From Eledone cirrhosa (Eukaryota), in assembly GCA_964016885.1 (NCBI GenBank), contig OZ024741.1, positions 294,314,001 to 294,378,000 of the forward strand: DNA of 64,000 nucleotides. The letters are read 5' to 3'. Shown here in pieces: positions 1 to 14,150 of this stretch. The notes below the pieces were generated by a model. That model saw only the letters and a program-made list of their open reading frames with translations, ran no database searches and was not told the DNA's origin. Numbering within the stretch: the first letter of the stretch is position 1; the number at the start of each line of letters is the position of its first letter. Position numbers and translations under genes: made by a program.

Positions 1-565
1 CAATAAATCCCTTAGTGGTTTGACAAACACCAGCAGTCATGAATAACCGTGGATTTGCATCTAGAAAGTTCGTCTCTGAGGGAGAAGTCTGGGTAAAGTG
101 TTTCTGTGGAAGATCAGCAGTCATCCATAAATACTAGTCTCCTCCCTCCATGTCACCAATGTTGTCCAAGGGAAAGGCAAATGCTGATACAACTCGGCAC
201 TATCTGACTGAACTGGAGCAATATGAAATAAAGTGTCTGGCTCAATGATACAATGCACCCTCCAGTCCTGGACTCAAACTCACAACCTTTCGATTGTGAA
301 GCAAATGTTCTAACCACTAAGTCATGTGCTTTCACACTTGTATATACCATACTTAAAATAACATATAGTTAGCATTAGAAAGAGCATCCCACTCCCCAAA
401 ATCTATCTTCAATATCTCGTCCAACCCATGCCATGCAAGCAGTGAAAAATTAGGTAAAATTAATGATGATGATAATGATGATGATATATTGATGATGGGT
501 CTGTTGTAATTTTGACAGTTAGTTTCGAGTTATGTGATCAATTGAACAAACTAGTCAGGAAACTA

Positions 566-755
566 CAAAGGTCAGCTGAAAAGTTCACTAGCTTACAATA
601 ATGCTAGAGCTGTGAAATCTTGCATACACTTATTTTAACTCTTCTTATTAATAACTGCATTGTTTCTTTCAAGGGACTATGTTGAAAGATAAACCTCATT
701 TTGTAATTCCATGAGAGTATCTTGGTCAGCCTATGAACTTTTCATCTGACTCTTG
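566..755. mobile_element. Degenerate Mariner/Tc1-type MITE
   Basis: TA-CAAAGGTCAGCTGAAAAGTTCA at the left end and GAACTTTTCATCTGACTCTTG at the right end form imperfect terminal inverted repeats; no ORF. Confidence 0.55.
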
Positions 756-2560
756 CATATTGTAAGTGGTTGTGTATTTCACTGACATATTTGCCCTTAA
801 TATAAACCTCAGGCCAAATCAGTGTGACAAAGTGTATGTCAAGGCTAGGTTTTTGAATTATTGCTGTAATCCTTCCAACAAGCTTCCACACAAGACTTGT
901 TTACTTTTAGATTTGTTTGACCCTAGATCGTGAGTTCCCATCCAACCCTCCCAGCATGGAAATCTAAAAAAATGTCTAAAGTCTGTCGCAAGCCCTGAGG
1001 TTCATCAGGCCAGTGCTTTTTCTAGTTTCCATGGTGTTAAGTAATTGCGAGTACAAGACTCCTTCCTGGACAGGACACCACTACATCACATGGTTAAACC
1101 CTCAGCTATTGCTGGTATTCATTTTCAGCTGAGTATACTGAAATGAAGTGTTTTGCTTAAGAACACAACACACAACCTAGTCCAGGAATCGAATCCATGA
1201 CATTACTTACCACTAGACCACGCACCTCTAGCATAGAAGGCAAACATAAAATGAAAATGATGTGTGTGTGAGTAAATATAGGGACACTGAAAACAATCAA
1301 ATATTAAACTGAAGAAAATCTAGAATAATAAAGAGATACACAAAAGATATTCAAGAATAGAAGAAATGCTTTTAAAACGATTTTGAAAAAAAAGAAACTT
1401 TAGTCAAAATTCTGCATGCTTGGATATTTAAACATTTGCTGCATAACATAAATCGAAAGTTCATTGACATTTTGAAGGTGTGAAAAATTATTATGGTGGG
1501 TCTGAAACATTACTGCTATTGCTGCTACTACTGCTATTGCTCATTATCAAGAAATGTTTCCAGGTCTTTAGTTTTGCAAATGTCATTGTTTTTAGGTGGA
1601 TATAAAGAAAAGGATATGCAAAGTGAGCAAGAAGGAATAGATAGAAATATATTCTTTCTGCCTGAAGAAAGAATTGAGAATTGGGTCATAGCAATAAAAG
1701 GTGGTGATATGTATCATCATAGTCATCATAATCATTGCCATCATTGATTTATGTCCATCTTCCATGCTATCATGGTTTAGATTGTTGTCCCGTTCTTTGA
1801 CTATATGTCAGGTGACCACACCTTGCACATGCATACCAGTTGGGCATGGTTTCTATGGCTGTATGCCCTTCCTAATGCCAATTACTCTACAATATGTACT
1901 CAGTACATTTTATAGTGGTAGTGGTTGATGGTTGTAGTGATGGTGGGTATTGGTGGTGGTGTTGGTGATGGTGGTAGCGGTAGTGATGACAATGGTGGAT
2001 GTGGTGGTAGTAGTAGTGCTGGCAATGGTAGATGTGGTAGTAGTAGTCGTGGTAGGGAGAGTGAAGACAATGGTTGCTGTGGTAGTGACAGTGCTGACAA
2101 TGGATGCTGTGGTGGTAGGTGATAATAATGGTAATGGTGCTGGTGTTGGCAGTGGTGATGATTATGATATGATGATGTATCAGTGTATCTCTCATGATAA
2201 CAAGTTATGTAAAGAATTATAATGACAGTGATAGCAGAGACCTAGATGTACAGAGTTCACTACATCTAAGGCCGTAACTTAGCTATCCACAGGTCATAAG
2301 GACATAAATTATTGTTCAGTTTAACACCAACAGCACCATCACCAAACCTTTGGGGACCTTTTAGTAGAATACATTAAGGAGGTGGACTTAATTCATCATC
2401 TGGTTTAACACTACCACGACCACCACGACCACCACAACCATCTGGTCTTTAGATGCTTTTAATAGAATACATTAAGGTGGTAGACTTAATAACCCAGTTG
2501 AACACCACCACCACCACTACGACCACCTGATACATGGGTGACTTTAGTAATGTCCATTAA

Positions 2561-2786
2561 CCCTTTAGCATTTACACCAGCTGTATCTGGCCTGAATTAT
2601 CTCACTTCTTTCTATTCAAACCAGCCAAAACCATCCACTCATACCAACGTCAAGGTATTGTTCTCAAAATAAATAATATCAAAATCTCATAGATTCGATT
2701 CGATATTATGTGAGATAATTATGTGAGGTAAAGCTTTTAGCATGAAAATACAATAGTAAATATAGAGTAATGAAGATGCTAAAGGG
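2561..2786. mobile_element. piggyBac-like (TTAA) MITE; related copies at ~61716-61977 and ~62200-62380
   Basis: TTAA|CCCTTTAGCAT ... ATGCTAAAGGG|TTAT termini; internal ATCAAAATCTCATAGATTCGA recurs inverted near 61815-61835 and 62240. Confidence 0.6.
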
Positions 2787-3689
2787 TTATGTTTGTAAAT
2801 TTCATCTATCATCTGGCTTAACACCACTATCAACAGCACCACCATCTGACACTTCAGTGCACATAACAAAGTTCACTTTATTGCAAGAATTTGGAACAGG
2901 TCTTCAGTGTGAGAATGTCTTCTTCCTGCCTGACACAGAAGCCCCCCCCCCCCCCTCCCCCAGGTCATAAAGCCTACCCTCCCAACTCTCATTAAAACTT
3001 AGAATTAGATAAATAGTATTAAAAGACAGTGCTCCAGTATGACCACAGTCTATTGACTGAGATCTGTGAAGGAATAAAATAATTTTAAAATGTCCACAAG
3101 TATTCAGTTAGAATAATGTTGACAGCTAATTAATAAAAAAAAACAGCAGTAACAACAACAACAACAACAACAATAAACATCTGATATAAACCCTTAGTCA
3201 CAACAACAACATAAACACCTGATATGTAACAACAACTATAATAACAGTATATACACAGTAACAACAACTATAATAACAACAACAGTATAAACATCTGATA
3301 TAAACCCCAGTCACAACAACAACTATAATGCATGCATGGTCCCCGTAACTCCTGAGGGAGTCATAGGGACACTGTATTCACATCTGGCATTTCTAGAGCA
3401 TTTTAAAATCTGGTGGAGCTCAAATCCTATCCAGATCTCAATACAGCATGTTCTTCCAGGGAGGACAGAAAGAGTGAGAGAGGAAGTGAAAAAGTAGTCT
3501 GGTACTTTTTTATCAACCTTGAATGGATGAAAGGCAAAGTTGACCTCAGTGGGATTTGAACTCAAAGAGCAGAAATCCCTGAATGTATTCTATCTGATGT
3601 TCTAATATCTCTGCCAATTGGCCACCTTCGACAACTACAACAACAATTATAAAAACACCTGATATATAACTTCACAGAAGTAACAACAA

Positions 3690-5932
3690 TAAACCACCTT
3701 ATATATAACTCCACAGTAACAACAACAACAATAAACCACCTTATATATAACTCCACAGTAACAACAACAACAACAATAGACCACCTTATATATATAACTC
3801 CACAGTAACAACAACAACAATAGACCACCTTATATATATAACTCCACAGTAACAACAACAACAATAGACCACCTTATATATAACTCCCCAGTAACAACAA
3901 CAACAATAAACCACCTTATATATATAACTCCACAGTAACAACAACAACAATAGACCACCTTATATATATAACTCCACAGTAACAACAACAACAATAAACC
4001 ACCTTATATATATAACTCCACAGTAACAACAACAACAATAAACCACCTTATATATATAACTCCACAGTCACAACAACAACAATAAACCACCTTATATATA
4101 TAACTCCACAGTCACAACAACAACAATAAACCACCTTATATATATAACTCCACAGTAACAACAACAACAATAAACCACATTATATATATAACTCCACAGT
4201 AACAACAACAACAATAGACCACCTTATATATATAACTCCACAGTAACAACAACAACAATAGACCACCTTATATATATAACTCCACAGTAACAACAACAAT
4301 AAACCACCTTATATATATAACTCCACAGTAACAACAACAACAATAGACCACCTTATATATATAACTCCACACTAACAACAACAACAATAAACCACCTTAT
4401 ATATATAACTCCACAGTAACAACAACAATAAACCACCTTATATATATAACCCCACAGTAACAACAACAACAATATACCACCTTATATATATAACTCCACA
4501 GTAACAACAACAACAATAGACCACCTTATATATATAACTCCACAGTAACAACAACAACAATAAACCACCTTATATATATAACTCCACAGTAACAACAACA
4601 ACAATAGACTACCTTATATATATAACTCCACAGTAACAACAACAGCAATAAACCACCTTATATATATAACTCCCCAGTCACAACAACAACAATAGACTAC
4701 CTTATATATATAACTCCACAGTAACAACAACAGCAATAAACCACCTTATATATATAACTCCACAGTAAGAACAACAATAAACCACCTTATATATATAACT
4801 CCACAGTCACAACAACAACAATAAACCACCTTATATATATAACTCCACAGTCACAACAACAACAATAAACCACCTTATATATATAACTCCACAGTAAGAA
4901 CAACAATAAACCACCTTATATATATAACTCCACAGTAACAACAACAACAATAGACCACCTTATATATATAACTCCACAGTCACAACAACAACAATAAACC
5001 ACCTTATATGTATAACTCCACAGTAACAACAACAACAATAAACCACCTTATATATATAACTCCACAGTCACAACAACAACAATAGACCACCTTATATATA
5101 TAACTCCACAGTCACAACAACAACAATAGACCACCTTATATATATAACTCCACAGTAACAACAACAACAATAAACCACCTTATATATAACTCCACAGTAA
5201 CAACAACAACAATAAACCACCTTATATATATAACTCCACAGTAACAACAACAACAATAAACCACCTTATATATATAACTCCACAGTCACAACAACAACAA
5301 TAGACCACCTTATATATATAACTCCACAGTCACAACAACAACAATAGACCACCTTATATATATAACTCCACAGTCACAACAACAACAATAAACCACCTTA
5401 TATATATAACTCCACAGTAACAACAACAACAATAAACCACCTTATATATAACTCCACAGTAACAACAACAACAATAAACCACCTTATATATATAACTCCA
5501 CAGTAACAACAACAACAATAAACCACCTTATATATATAACTCCACAGTCACAACAACAACAATAGACCACCTTATATATATAACTCCACAGTCACAACAA
5601 CAACAATAGACCACCTTATATATATAACTCCACAGTAACAACAACAACAATAAACCACCTTATATATAACTCCACAGTAACAACAACAACAATAAACCAT
5701 CTTATATATATAACTCCACAGTCACAACAACAACAATAGACCACCTTATATATATATAACTCCATAATAACAACAACAACAATAAACCACCTTATATATA
5801 TAACTCCCCAGTAACAACAACAACAATAAACCACCTTATATATATAACTCCACAGTAACAACAACAACAATAAACCACCTTATATATATAACTCCACAGT
5901 CACAACAACAACAATACAAACACCTTATATAA
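3690..5932. repeat. Minisatellite, ~44-bp unit, roughly 50 copies
   Basis: Unit ATA(A/G)ACCACCTTATATATATAACTCCACAGT(A/C)ACAACAACAACA; period 44 (CCACC at 3781 and 3825); degenerate units upstream at 3150-3330. Confidence 0.97.
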
Positions 5933-6093
5933 AATTCCACACCACCATCCACACCTACTCCCATATTTTGTAATTAATCAATCCCGCCCTGCCCTCTCAC
6001 CAACCACCTTTAGCCCATTGCTCCATCAGAAAGAAATGGCGATTTTTTTTCTTATAATTCATGTGATTTGGTAACTACTATTATCATATTATT

Positions 6094-6284
6094 AGGCGGT
6101 GGATTGGCAGTATCGGTAGAGGGTCGGACGCCATGCTTTGAAGCACAGAGTTACGGCCATTTATTGTCTGAGTTCAAATCCCGCCGAGGTTAACTTTGCC
6201 TTTCATCCTTACGGTGTCGATAAAATAAAGTACCAGTAATACACTGGAATAATTGCTGGCCTTGTGTCAAAAGTAGAAACAATT
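6094..6284 (+). mobile_element. tRNA-derived SINE, family B (Nin/Deu-like central domain)
   Basis: A-box-like TGGCAGTATCGGTAG, B-box GAGTTCAAATCCC, then AACTTTGCCTTTCATCCTTACGG-GTCGATAAAATAAAGTACCAGT; many other copies in the window. Confidence 0.85.
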
Positions 6285-6486
6285 ATCATATTATTAGTTT
6301 TTCAGGCTGAAGAAGCTGCTATTGTTTCTATGGTAACTGGACATTGTTGACAACAGTCAGTTGTGGTGCGTTTAGCTGCCAGTCTCAGTGCTCTGCTGAC
6401 TTGTATTGCTGCACCAACATCATTGCATGTATTGACTTGGCGATGGTGTTATGTTAGTGAACATTCAGAATGGATATATATATGTA

Positions 6487-6564
6487 CAGGGTGTCCCCAA
6501 AAAGTGTATACACACTTCAACAGCATTCTAATAAAAGTGTGTATACATCTTTTGGAACACCCTG
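6487..6564. mobile_element. 78-bp Tc1/mariner MITE
   Basis: TA-CAGGGTGTCCCCAAAAAGTGTATACACACTT ... AAGTGTGTATACATCTTTTGGAACACCCTG-TA: ~30-bp TIRs with TA target duplication. Confidence 0.8.
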
Positions 6565-6955
6565 TATATACATGTGTGTGTGTGTGTATCTTTATTATAT
6601 AGAGAAAGGATTTCATTTGAATGAAATAGTTCTAGACCTGTACATATCATTTCTATCTATATATTACTAAAAGTATGTGATTGCTTGCTTGCTTGTCTGT
6701 AATGTAATACAGCCAAAAGGGAGCATAATAGGAAAATACTTTGAAAGGAAGTTGCCCCTGAAATGGGAATACAAATGGAATAAAACAAGTTTTGCGTAAA
6801 TCGCAACACGTGTTCCGGAGATATGGGGGTTTTCCGGGTACCTTCATAAACAAAGAGAGAGGAAGAGATAGTGGTTGAGACAGAGTAGATTGCAAGAGAG
6901 AAATAGAGAGTGAGAGAGGAGACAGAAGGAGAATGGAAGAGAGCTGATGGAGTTG

Positions 6956-7019
<64 letters not shown>

Positions 7020-7794
7020 CTACGACCAGTGTATATAGATCACAGACACCCACATATATATATACACACACATATATACACACATATATATACACACACA
7101 CACACATTTATATATATATATATATACATAGACACACGTATATATATATATGGGTCTTCCAGTTTCATTTCACATTATGCACACGTTTGTGTATATTTTA
7201 ATTATTTAAAAAATATTTTTAAGTGAACATGATTTTAAAAGATATTTTGAAGTGAATATGACCCAACGTGTCACAGGTGGTGCATTATATAATAAAGGTG
7301 CTTAAACTCTACCAACGTATTGATTACCTTATTTAATTGTGGTTACACCCACCCCCCTCACCTGACACCACTCGGGAACCTACATATGGGTGTGTATTTA
7401 TATGCATACGTGTCTTGGTATCTATATGTCTGTGCATATATATATATATATGTGTGTGTGTATTTGTTTGTATGTGTGTATGTGTGTATGTATGTATGTA
7501 TTTGTTTGTATGTATGTGTGTCAATGTGTATGTATGTATTTGTTTGTATGTATGTGTGTCAATGTCTGTGTGTATGTATGTATTTGTTTGAATGTATGTG
7601 TGTGTGTGTGTGTGTGTGACAATGTATGTGTTTGTGTGTCTATGTATATTTATAAGTTTGTGTTTGTGTGCATGATTTTTTCATAAAAATACACTAATAC
7701 ATCTATTGCTTTCTCAATCTCTCATATCCAGTATATAAAAACATTTATATTAGTATATACTCTTTTACCCTTTTACCTGTTCCAGCCATCCGGC

Positions 7795-7826
<32 letters not shown>

Positions 7827-7834
7827 TGCATATA

Positions 7835-7907
<73 letters not shown>

Positions 7908-7982
7908 ATGTATTTATATATATATATAAATACACACACACACATGTATATATATATATCTTATATCTATATATATACATAC

Positions 7983-8014
<32 letters not shown>

Positions 8015-8019
<5 letters not shown>

Positions 8020-8069
8020 AGTATGTATGTATACGTACATACATATATGTATACAGACGTACAGTAGCA

Positions 8070-8107
<38 letters not shown>

Positions 8108-8213
8108 TATACACATATGCATACAGGTACACATACATATATGCACGTGTACATACATATATGCGTGCATATATGTATGTGTACCTGTATGTGTACCTGT
8201 ATGCATATGTGTA

Positions 8214-8251
<38 letters not shown>

Positions 8252-8306
8252 TGCTACTGTACGTCTGTATACATATATGTATGTACGTATACATACATAC
8301 TTACAT
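8015..8306. repeat. Near-perfect ~290-bp palindrome of microsatellite-derived sequence
   Basis: ATGTAAGTATGTATGTATACGTAC...CAGACGTACAGTAGCA is mirrored by TGCTACTGTACGTCTG...GTACGTATACATACATACTTACAT; centre ~8155. Confidence 0.9.
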
Positions 8307-8362
8307 TTAAGTAAGTGCCATACTAAGAGTGAGAAATGAAATTTCGTTTTCATTTTTTCAAC

Positions 8363-8439
<77 letters not shown>

Positions 8440-8598
8440 TGAGAGAATATGCATCATTAGATGTGTCCGTCGAACCTGCGGGTCCAGAATCAGACAGATC
8501 CACACAATGATCGCATCTCGAGCTGTCCGCCGGCGAAACAATTGTAACACACAATAAATTGAGCTCAGATGCATCACTGATTTTTCGTTTTCTATTCT

Positions 8599-8636
<38 letters not shown>

Positions 8637-9024
8637 TATTTCCAGATACTTTTTAGGTATGACTTTCCGTATTTATTCTTTGTATGTAATATTGATTGTT
8701 CTTCCGGTATCTTATCTCTGTTTTTAGCCTAAGAAAATACCTATATGCGTGTATAAATAATACACGCATATATTTATTTTTTTATATCCAATTGAGTTCT
8801 TCACGCATGGTTAAAATTATTGAAAGAATTAATTGACCCGCGTGCATATTATTTTATTCTTTTATGTTTTGCGATGCTCTCCCCTTTCCGCTTGATGGCA
8901 GTGTGAGATTTCTCATTGAGACTGCTGGAATTTCAAATTTGGCGGTCATTCTGGCACGGAGGGGTACCATGGCTGAACATTAATATCGGTAAGGTTTTTT
9001 TTTTTATATCGATATTTGTCGGCA

Positions 9025-9146
9025 TCCACTGATGATTTATAAGTGCCCACCTACATATATTCCTACGGACTATGTGTAGACTTCTACATAACCTGGACAT
9101 TATTTTCCAAATTTGTAGAAAACTTATAATGAAACGATCGTTTGGA
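9025..9146 (+). ncRNA. Type I hammerhead ribozyme motif with branched stem II, upstream of the Penelope ORF
   Basis: TCCA-CTGATGA-TTTATAAGT...ACTTATAAT-GAAAC-GATC-GTT-TGGA; stem I TCCA/TGGA; palindromic stem III. Confidence 0.75.
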
Positions 9147-9386
9147 AAGAGAGATGTATTTTAATTATGTGTCATATAAAATAATACAACTGGCTATCCG
9201 CAAAATACGTATAGTTAGCACCCCAAACGTATAATTGGGATTATACTAAGGTATATCCTAATGTTTGTTGAGTGAGACGGAAGCCGGTCAGAGTATTGCT
9301 TAAAGATTTCTCTGTTAATGTATTAAATATATATATATAATCGCCTCCTACACAGTTGAGCAACCACACCGACACACGGCATTAAT

Positions 9387-10744
9387 ATGGAAAGGCATCA
9401 TATAGGTATGTCACTTAAAAACATACCTATACCTAACAAAAGGGAATATATTCTTAGTATGATTCAAACTCAATAACGACTTCATTCGGCGTGTACGATG
9501 GAAAGCTTTCCATTTCGATAAAGGACGCGCCAGTCACTCGTCTGAATCATATGGTTTTAAATCATGTAAAAACCCACCCACAAACCCTCATCTCGATGCT
9601 TTCGAACAAGATTTAATGGAAACGACCATGAACATTAAGTTCAACAAACATAGAAATAATGAGCTGCAGAACAACATGAAAGCACTACTCCGAAGATTGC
9701 AAAATACCAATGGAATTGTTGTGAAAGCTGACAAGACCTCTAACGTGTATACCATGGATATCGATACGTACAACAGCTTCATACTCAACGAACTACACAA
9801 AAAATATAGAAAAACAAATGAAACTACGCTAGCAAATATTAACAACGAGGCATATAAAGTGGTGAAGAATCTCAAGATAGACGATAGAACCGAGTCGATT
9901 ATACCCGCTCCCCCACCTTCAACCTGAAGGACCATAAGGTAAATTTTGACTCTAACCCTAAGATTAGACTTATATGCCCTTCTAAATCAGACATAGGAAA
10001 AATTAGCAAACATATACTTGACAGAGTAATAACTCAAGTGAAAAAGAAAATTGAAATTAAATTATGGGGCAACACTAGCGAAGCAATTCGCTGGTTTAAT
10101 AACGTTAAGAATAAGAATAAATCTAAGTTTATACAATTTGACATAGACGAATACTACTCTTCCATCTCACCAAGCACTTTACGTAAGGCCCTATCGTTTG
10201 CTAAGGTCAATTCCGACCTAACGGAGGACGAAATTAATATTATTCTCGAGGCTAGAAAAACCATTATTAAGTTTGATAACTGCTACTGGGAACGTAAGGA
10301 CAGACCCACAACAAAGAATGTAACTGCCATCTACCTGAAAGATGTCCATTGAAGAATGAATGCCTAAAGTCCAACATTGTTTACCAATGCACGGTTGAAT
10401 CGAACGACCAGAAATGGTATTATATCGGATCTACCATCACCTCGTTTAAATCTCGCTGGTACCGTCGTCGATTCTCAATCAAACATCCTAATCACCGTTT
10501 TGTGACCACGCTCGCCAACAAGACCTGGCAACTCCGTGAACACAACCAACAGTTCACCTTAAAATGGGATATACTTTCCAGCGCAAGTGCATATCGGAGT
10601 GGATTGAAGTACTGCAGGTTATGTAACCTTGAACTCTTTTACATATTAAAATCCAAAAACAAACTACTTAACGATAGAATTGAACGATCATTATACTGCA
10701 ACCACAAACTAAAAGCTAAATTCTCTCACTATAAAATAACTTAA
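9387..10744 (+). pseudogene. Penelope-like retroelement ORF (Naiad-type; RT N-half plus GIY-YIG endonuclease), frameshifted and internally deleted
   Basis: MSLKNIPIP; FIRRVRWKAF; YGFKS; KADKT; QFDIDEYYSSI (RT motif A); CNCHLPERCPLKNEC (CxCx5Cx5C); IVY...YYIGST...R GIY-YIG with CRLC and LLN.R.E...CNH; the catalytic YxDD region is absent. Confidence 0.9.
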
Positions 10745-11235
10745 CATTCGAACCCGTAACTATAACATCGCTTTCGAGCTAACCACCTTCTCTTCCCCCA
10801 CACTACAAGACAATACACTGCTTATCACTATAAATGGTAACTCGGTGCAATTCGTAGATTACTACTACAAACCCAAAGTTCACTCACCACATAAACTTCG
10901 TCTGTCCCCTCTCTACCTCTCTCTCTACATCCATTACACACTCTCTCTCTCGCCTTTGGCCTACCTCCCTCTCCACATCTATGAACCTGCCCTCTGGGGC
11001 AATAAATAATTCTGACCTTAACTATCAACGCATCTCTCCAAAAGTAACCAGTATAATAAAACCCCTACCATAACATTTTGATTAAGATATCTACAAACCA
11101 CTCTCTCCTACTTCTCCAACCCCTGCATATCTTTCTCTCTCTCTCTCCCTCTCCCCTACTTTTCTCTCTCCTTTTCTACTCTATCTTCCCCAACAACCCC
11201 ACTTAAGGGTATTTACATTGTACATTTTACCATTC

Positions 11236-11347
11236 TGCTCTGAGGATACAGTGGTCACAGCATTGGATATTTGAGTTCTGCAAATACTTGTAAATTTGCA
11301 CATAGCATAACTAGGCTGTAGTACCACCGTGGAAACATTTGTAAGCA
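11236..11347 (+). ncRNA. Type I hammerhead ribozyme motif in the 3' terminal region (pLTR) of the Penelope element
   Basis: TGCT-CTGAGGA-TACAGTGGT...ACCACCGTG-GAAAC-ATTT-GTA-AGCA, followed by AATAAA and (TA)n. Confidence 0.75.
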
Positions 11348-11394
11348 CACGGAATAAATTACCTTTTTATGATGTCTACCTGTTATTATTCATT

Positions 11395-11505
<111 letters not shown>

Positions 11506-11676
11506 ACAACATGACCCTCCCAAAGTATAACAATATCGGTTTCAAGACACATTTTCAGATAAAGAATCTTGCTAAACAAATTCAGAAACGAAATATATAT
11601 ATATATATATATATTTATATAAACAAATGAATGAATGAAGGAGTTACAAGCCGTTTAAACAAGTTCTTTATATAAA

Positions 11677-11714
11677 TATTACATAATGTTTCACCCACAT
11701 GGGCTCTTCAGAGA
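11677..11714 (-). ncRNA. Minimal hammerhead motif in a Penelope-type inverted repeat (11617-11913)
   Basis: Minus strand TCT-CTGAAGA-GCCCATGTGGGT-GAAAC-ATTAT-GTA; the inverted partner at ~11830 keeps GAAACATTATGTA-AGA, restoring stem I. Confidence 0.6.
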
Positions 11715-12134
11715 AGTGTTTGTTAAAATAATGTCATCAATAAATAAAAATACCGTTAGAGCAGGTTGAAGATTTTCCCATTAGATTTACATAACAGTGC
11801 ATGGTAGACGAAAATATCAATGGCGTCACTGGGTGAAACATTATGTAAGATTTATTTATATAAAGAACTTGTTTTAATTGCTTGTAACTCTTTCATTCAT
11901 TCATTTGTTTATACCTGCTCTGCTTGAACAATCTATTAAATATTAAATTCCCTCTAATATTTAACTCTGCTAACCCAAGCATTGAGCACACTTCGCTTTT
12001 GCTATTGGCACTTAGTGTATCGGACCTCTCTGTATCTCTCTATCTCCTCCTGTCCTACGATACACATTATTTCCTATTATATATATATATCATCATCATT
12101 TAACATCTATCTTCCACGCTAGCGTGGGTTTATT

Positions 12135-12193
<59 letters not shown>

Positions 12194-12391
12194 GAATGAA
12201 AGTACAGCATAATCGAAGCTCGAGCCGCAGCTAAGCCGACGAATGCAATCAGAAGTACAGCCAAGCACTCGATAAGGTATAAAACCTTAGAGTAATAACA
12301 TACCGTTTAAAAGGCTTTGCAAATTGAAGATAGCGACCGGTAATTCAGCCGCGGGGACCGTAGCAACGAAAGAACACACTCGCGAGAATAA

Positions 12392-12448
<57 letters not shown>

Positions 12449-12723
12449 GATTGGTGCTCTGAAATAGCGATGTATACATTAATGTATGTATAGTATATTT
12501 GTTAATATACCGTATGTTTAATTAAAAAACATTTTGAACACCTTGCGCTATCATTTTAAAGTAGTGACTATGTCACTTCTTTTTTCGGCAAGAGAAGAGA
12601 GGGATGGTGACAGATTCTGTTTCCCACTATTGGTGTTCCTCAGAGCAACGTACTCCTCGACCTCTGCCAAAAATTATAGAGGCTAGATTCTTATAGAATT
12701 CCAGTAATAATCAGGAACTGATT

Positions 12724-12960
12724 ATATATATATCACAAAGAAGGTGTGGTAAGATACCAGGTGGACCATAATACACCAGAGTAGTCGATACTTAGGGTAG
12801 TCAATTGGATAATCAGATCTAGTTGTCGAAACGGCCAGAGCTCAGCCGTCGAGGTCCTGACTCTTTTCCTATTACCCACTCCACTACCCTAAGTATCGAA
12901 TACGCTGGTGCGTTATGGTCCAACTGGTATCTTACCACACCTTCTTTGTTATATATATAT
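12724..12960. mobile_element. Fold-back Penelope-pLTR-like unit (same family at 27391-27570 and 37980-38200)
   Basis: ACAAAGAAGGTGTGGTAAGATACCAG...AGGGTAGT is inverted as ACTACCCT...CTGGTATCTTACCACACCTTCTTTGT; flanked by (TA)n. Confidence 0.65.
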
Positions 12961-13255
12961 AAATAATCCTGGTATGTGTATATGCATTTTTTATTCTAAC
13001 TTTAATTTTATACCTAATTGTGTATTGTTGGCGATATGTTTAATCGATTTCCACGTGCTATTGAAATGCTGTGTAAATATTCTATAGCTGTTGATCGCGA
13101 ATAGATGGCTGTCGTTTATTTATCTATTATTTCTTCCTAGGTGCCTTTTAATCTTATAGCCTGGTTTAATTGGTCTTTTGTATGGTTGATTATGCTAATT
13201 GGGAGAGGAAATGGAGTATATATCTTATCAAATGATTCTATGGACATAATTTATA

Positions 13256-13328
<73 letters not shown>

Positions 13329-13329
13329 C

Positions 13330-13960
13330 ATATTGTATTCCTGTCCGTTTGTTTGTTCACGAACTACTCCTATGGGTTTGGAGATAGACTCCCCATAACC
13401 ATATATATTCTGAAACTACATTGCCCAGGGTACTTGGATAAGTATATTTCATTTTAATCAAAGAGTTCCCCGGGTCCACAAACCCCCGCTGAAAATGTTT
13501 TCCCTTCGATTTACATGAAATTTGGTAAATGTCAAGATATGAAGCCTATTCACAAAATTCAGCAAATTTCAATAATATTAAGACACCCTAATGGGGGTTA
13601 AACCCCCTATTGGGGTACCCCGGAGGTACAAGCCCGTGGAAATGTTTTCCCTTTGATTTATATGAAATTTAAACCAAAGGTAAATGACAAGATATTATGC
13701 CTATTCACAAAAGTTTTGAATTGATATTTTTAAAAAAAATTATTTACAAGAAACAAAATAAGAATAAGATTTAATAATGTAATTTTAATTTGATAAATTA
13801 CAAAAAATGTTTTCCAATTTTTCATGCATTACAGTTTACATTGAGTAATATTGAAATGCAGAGTTTTTCTCCATAAATTATATCACTGATTTAAAATCAA
13901 TCATCATTTTCTTACAAAAAAAATGTGTGAAACGCAGCAAGGCGCAGGTAACTCTGCTAG
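13330..13960 (+). mobile_element. Probable non-autonomous Helitron
   Basis: 5' GTCCGTTTGTTTGTTCACG, internal ~65-bp duplication (~13493 and ~13639), GC-rich subterminal segment and CTAG|T 3' end. Confidence 0.55.
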
Positions 13961-13966
13961 TATAAA

Positions 13967-14021
<55 letters not shown>

Positions 14022-14150
14022 TTATATATAATAATATATGTAGAAATAAACACAGTAAATTCCGTGTCTAAAATTACGAGGGTATATTTAACCTGAAACA
14101 TACAGTAAGATATAGAATTTTATATACAGACTGTATCAATAACCATTTCA

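Noticed and set aside
3690-5932. CRISPR-like periodicity
   Set aside because: No unique spacers, no cas genes, eukaryotic context; it is a minisatellite
6094-6190. tRNA-like A/B boxes here and in other copies
   Set aside because: They are SINE heads with no complete cloverleaf
6844-8400. Numerous YI/CV/HT-repeat ORFs here and throughout the window
   Set aside because: Translations of (TA)n, (TG)n and (CA)n microsatellites
8433-8552. Hammerhead using (GT)n as stem I (CTGAGAGA...GAAACAATTGTA-ACACAC)
   Set aside because: Core has an extra base and the base of stem II does not pair; counted only as a degenerate relic
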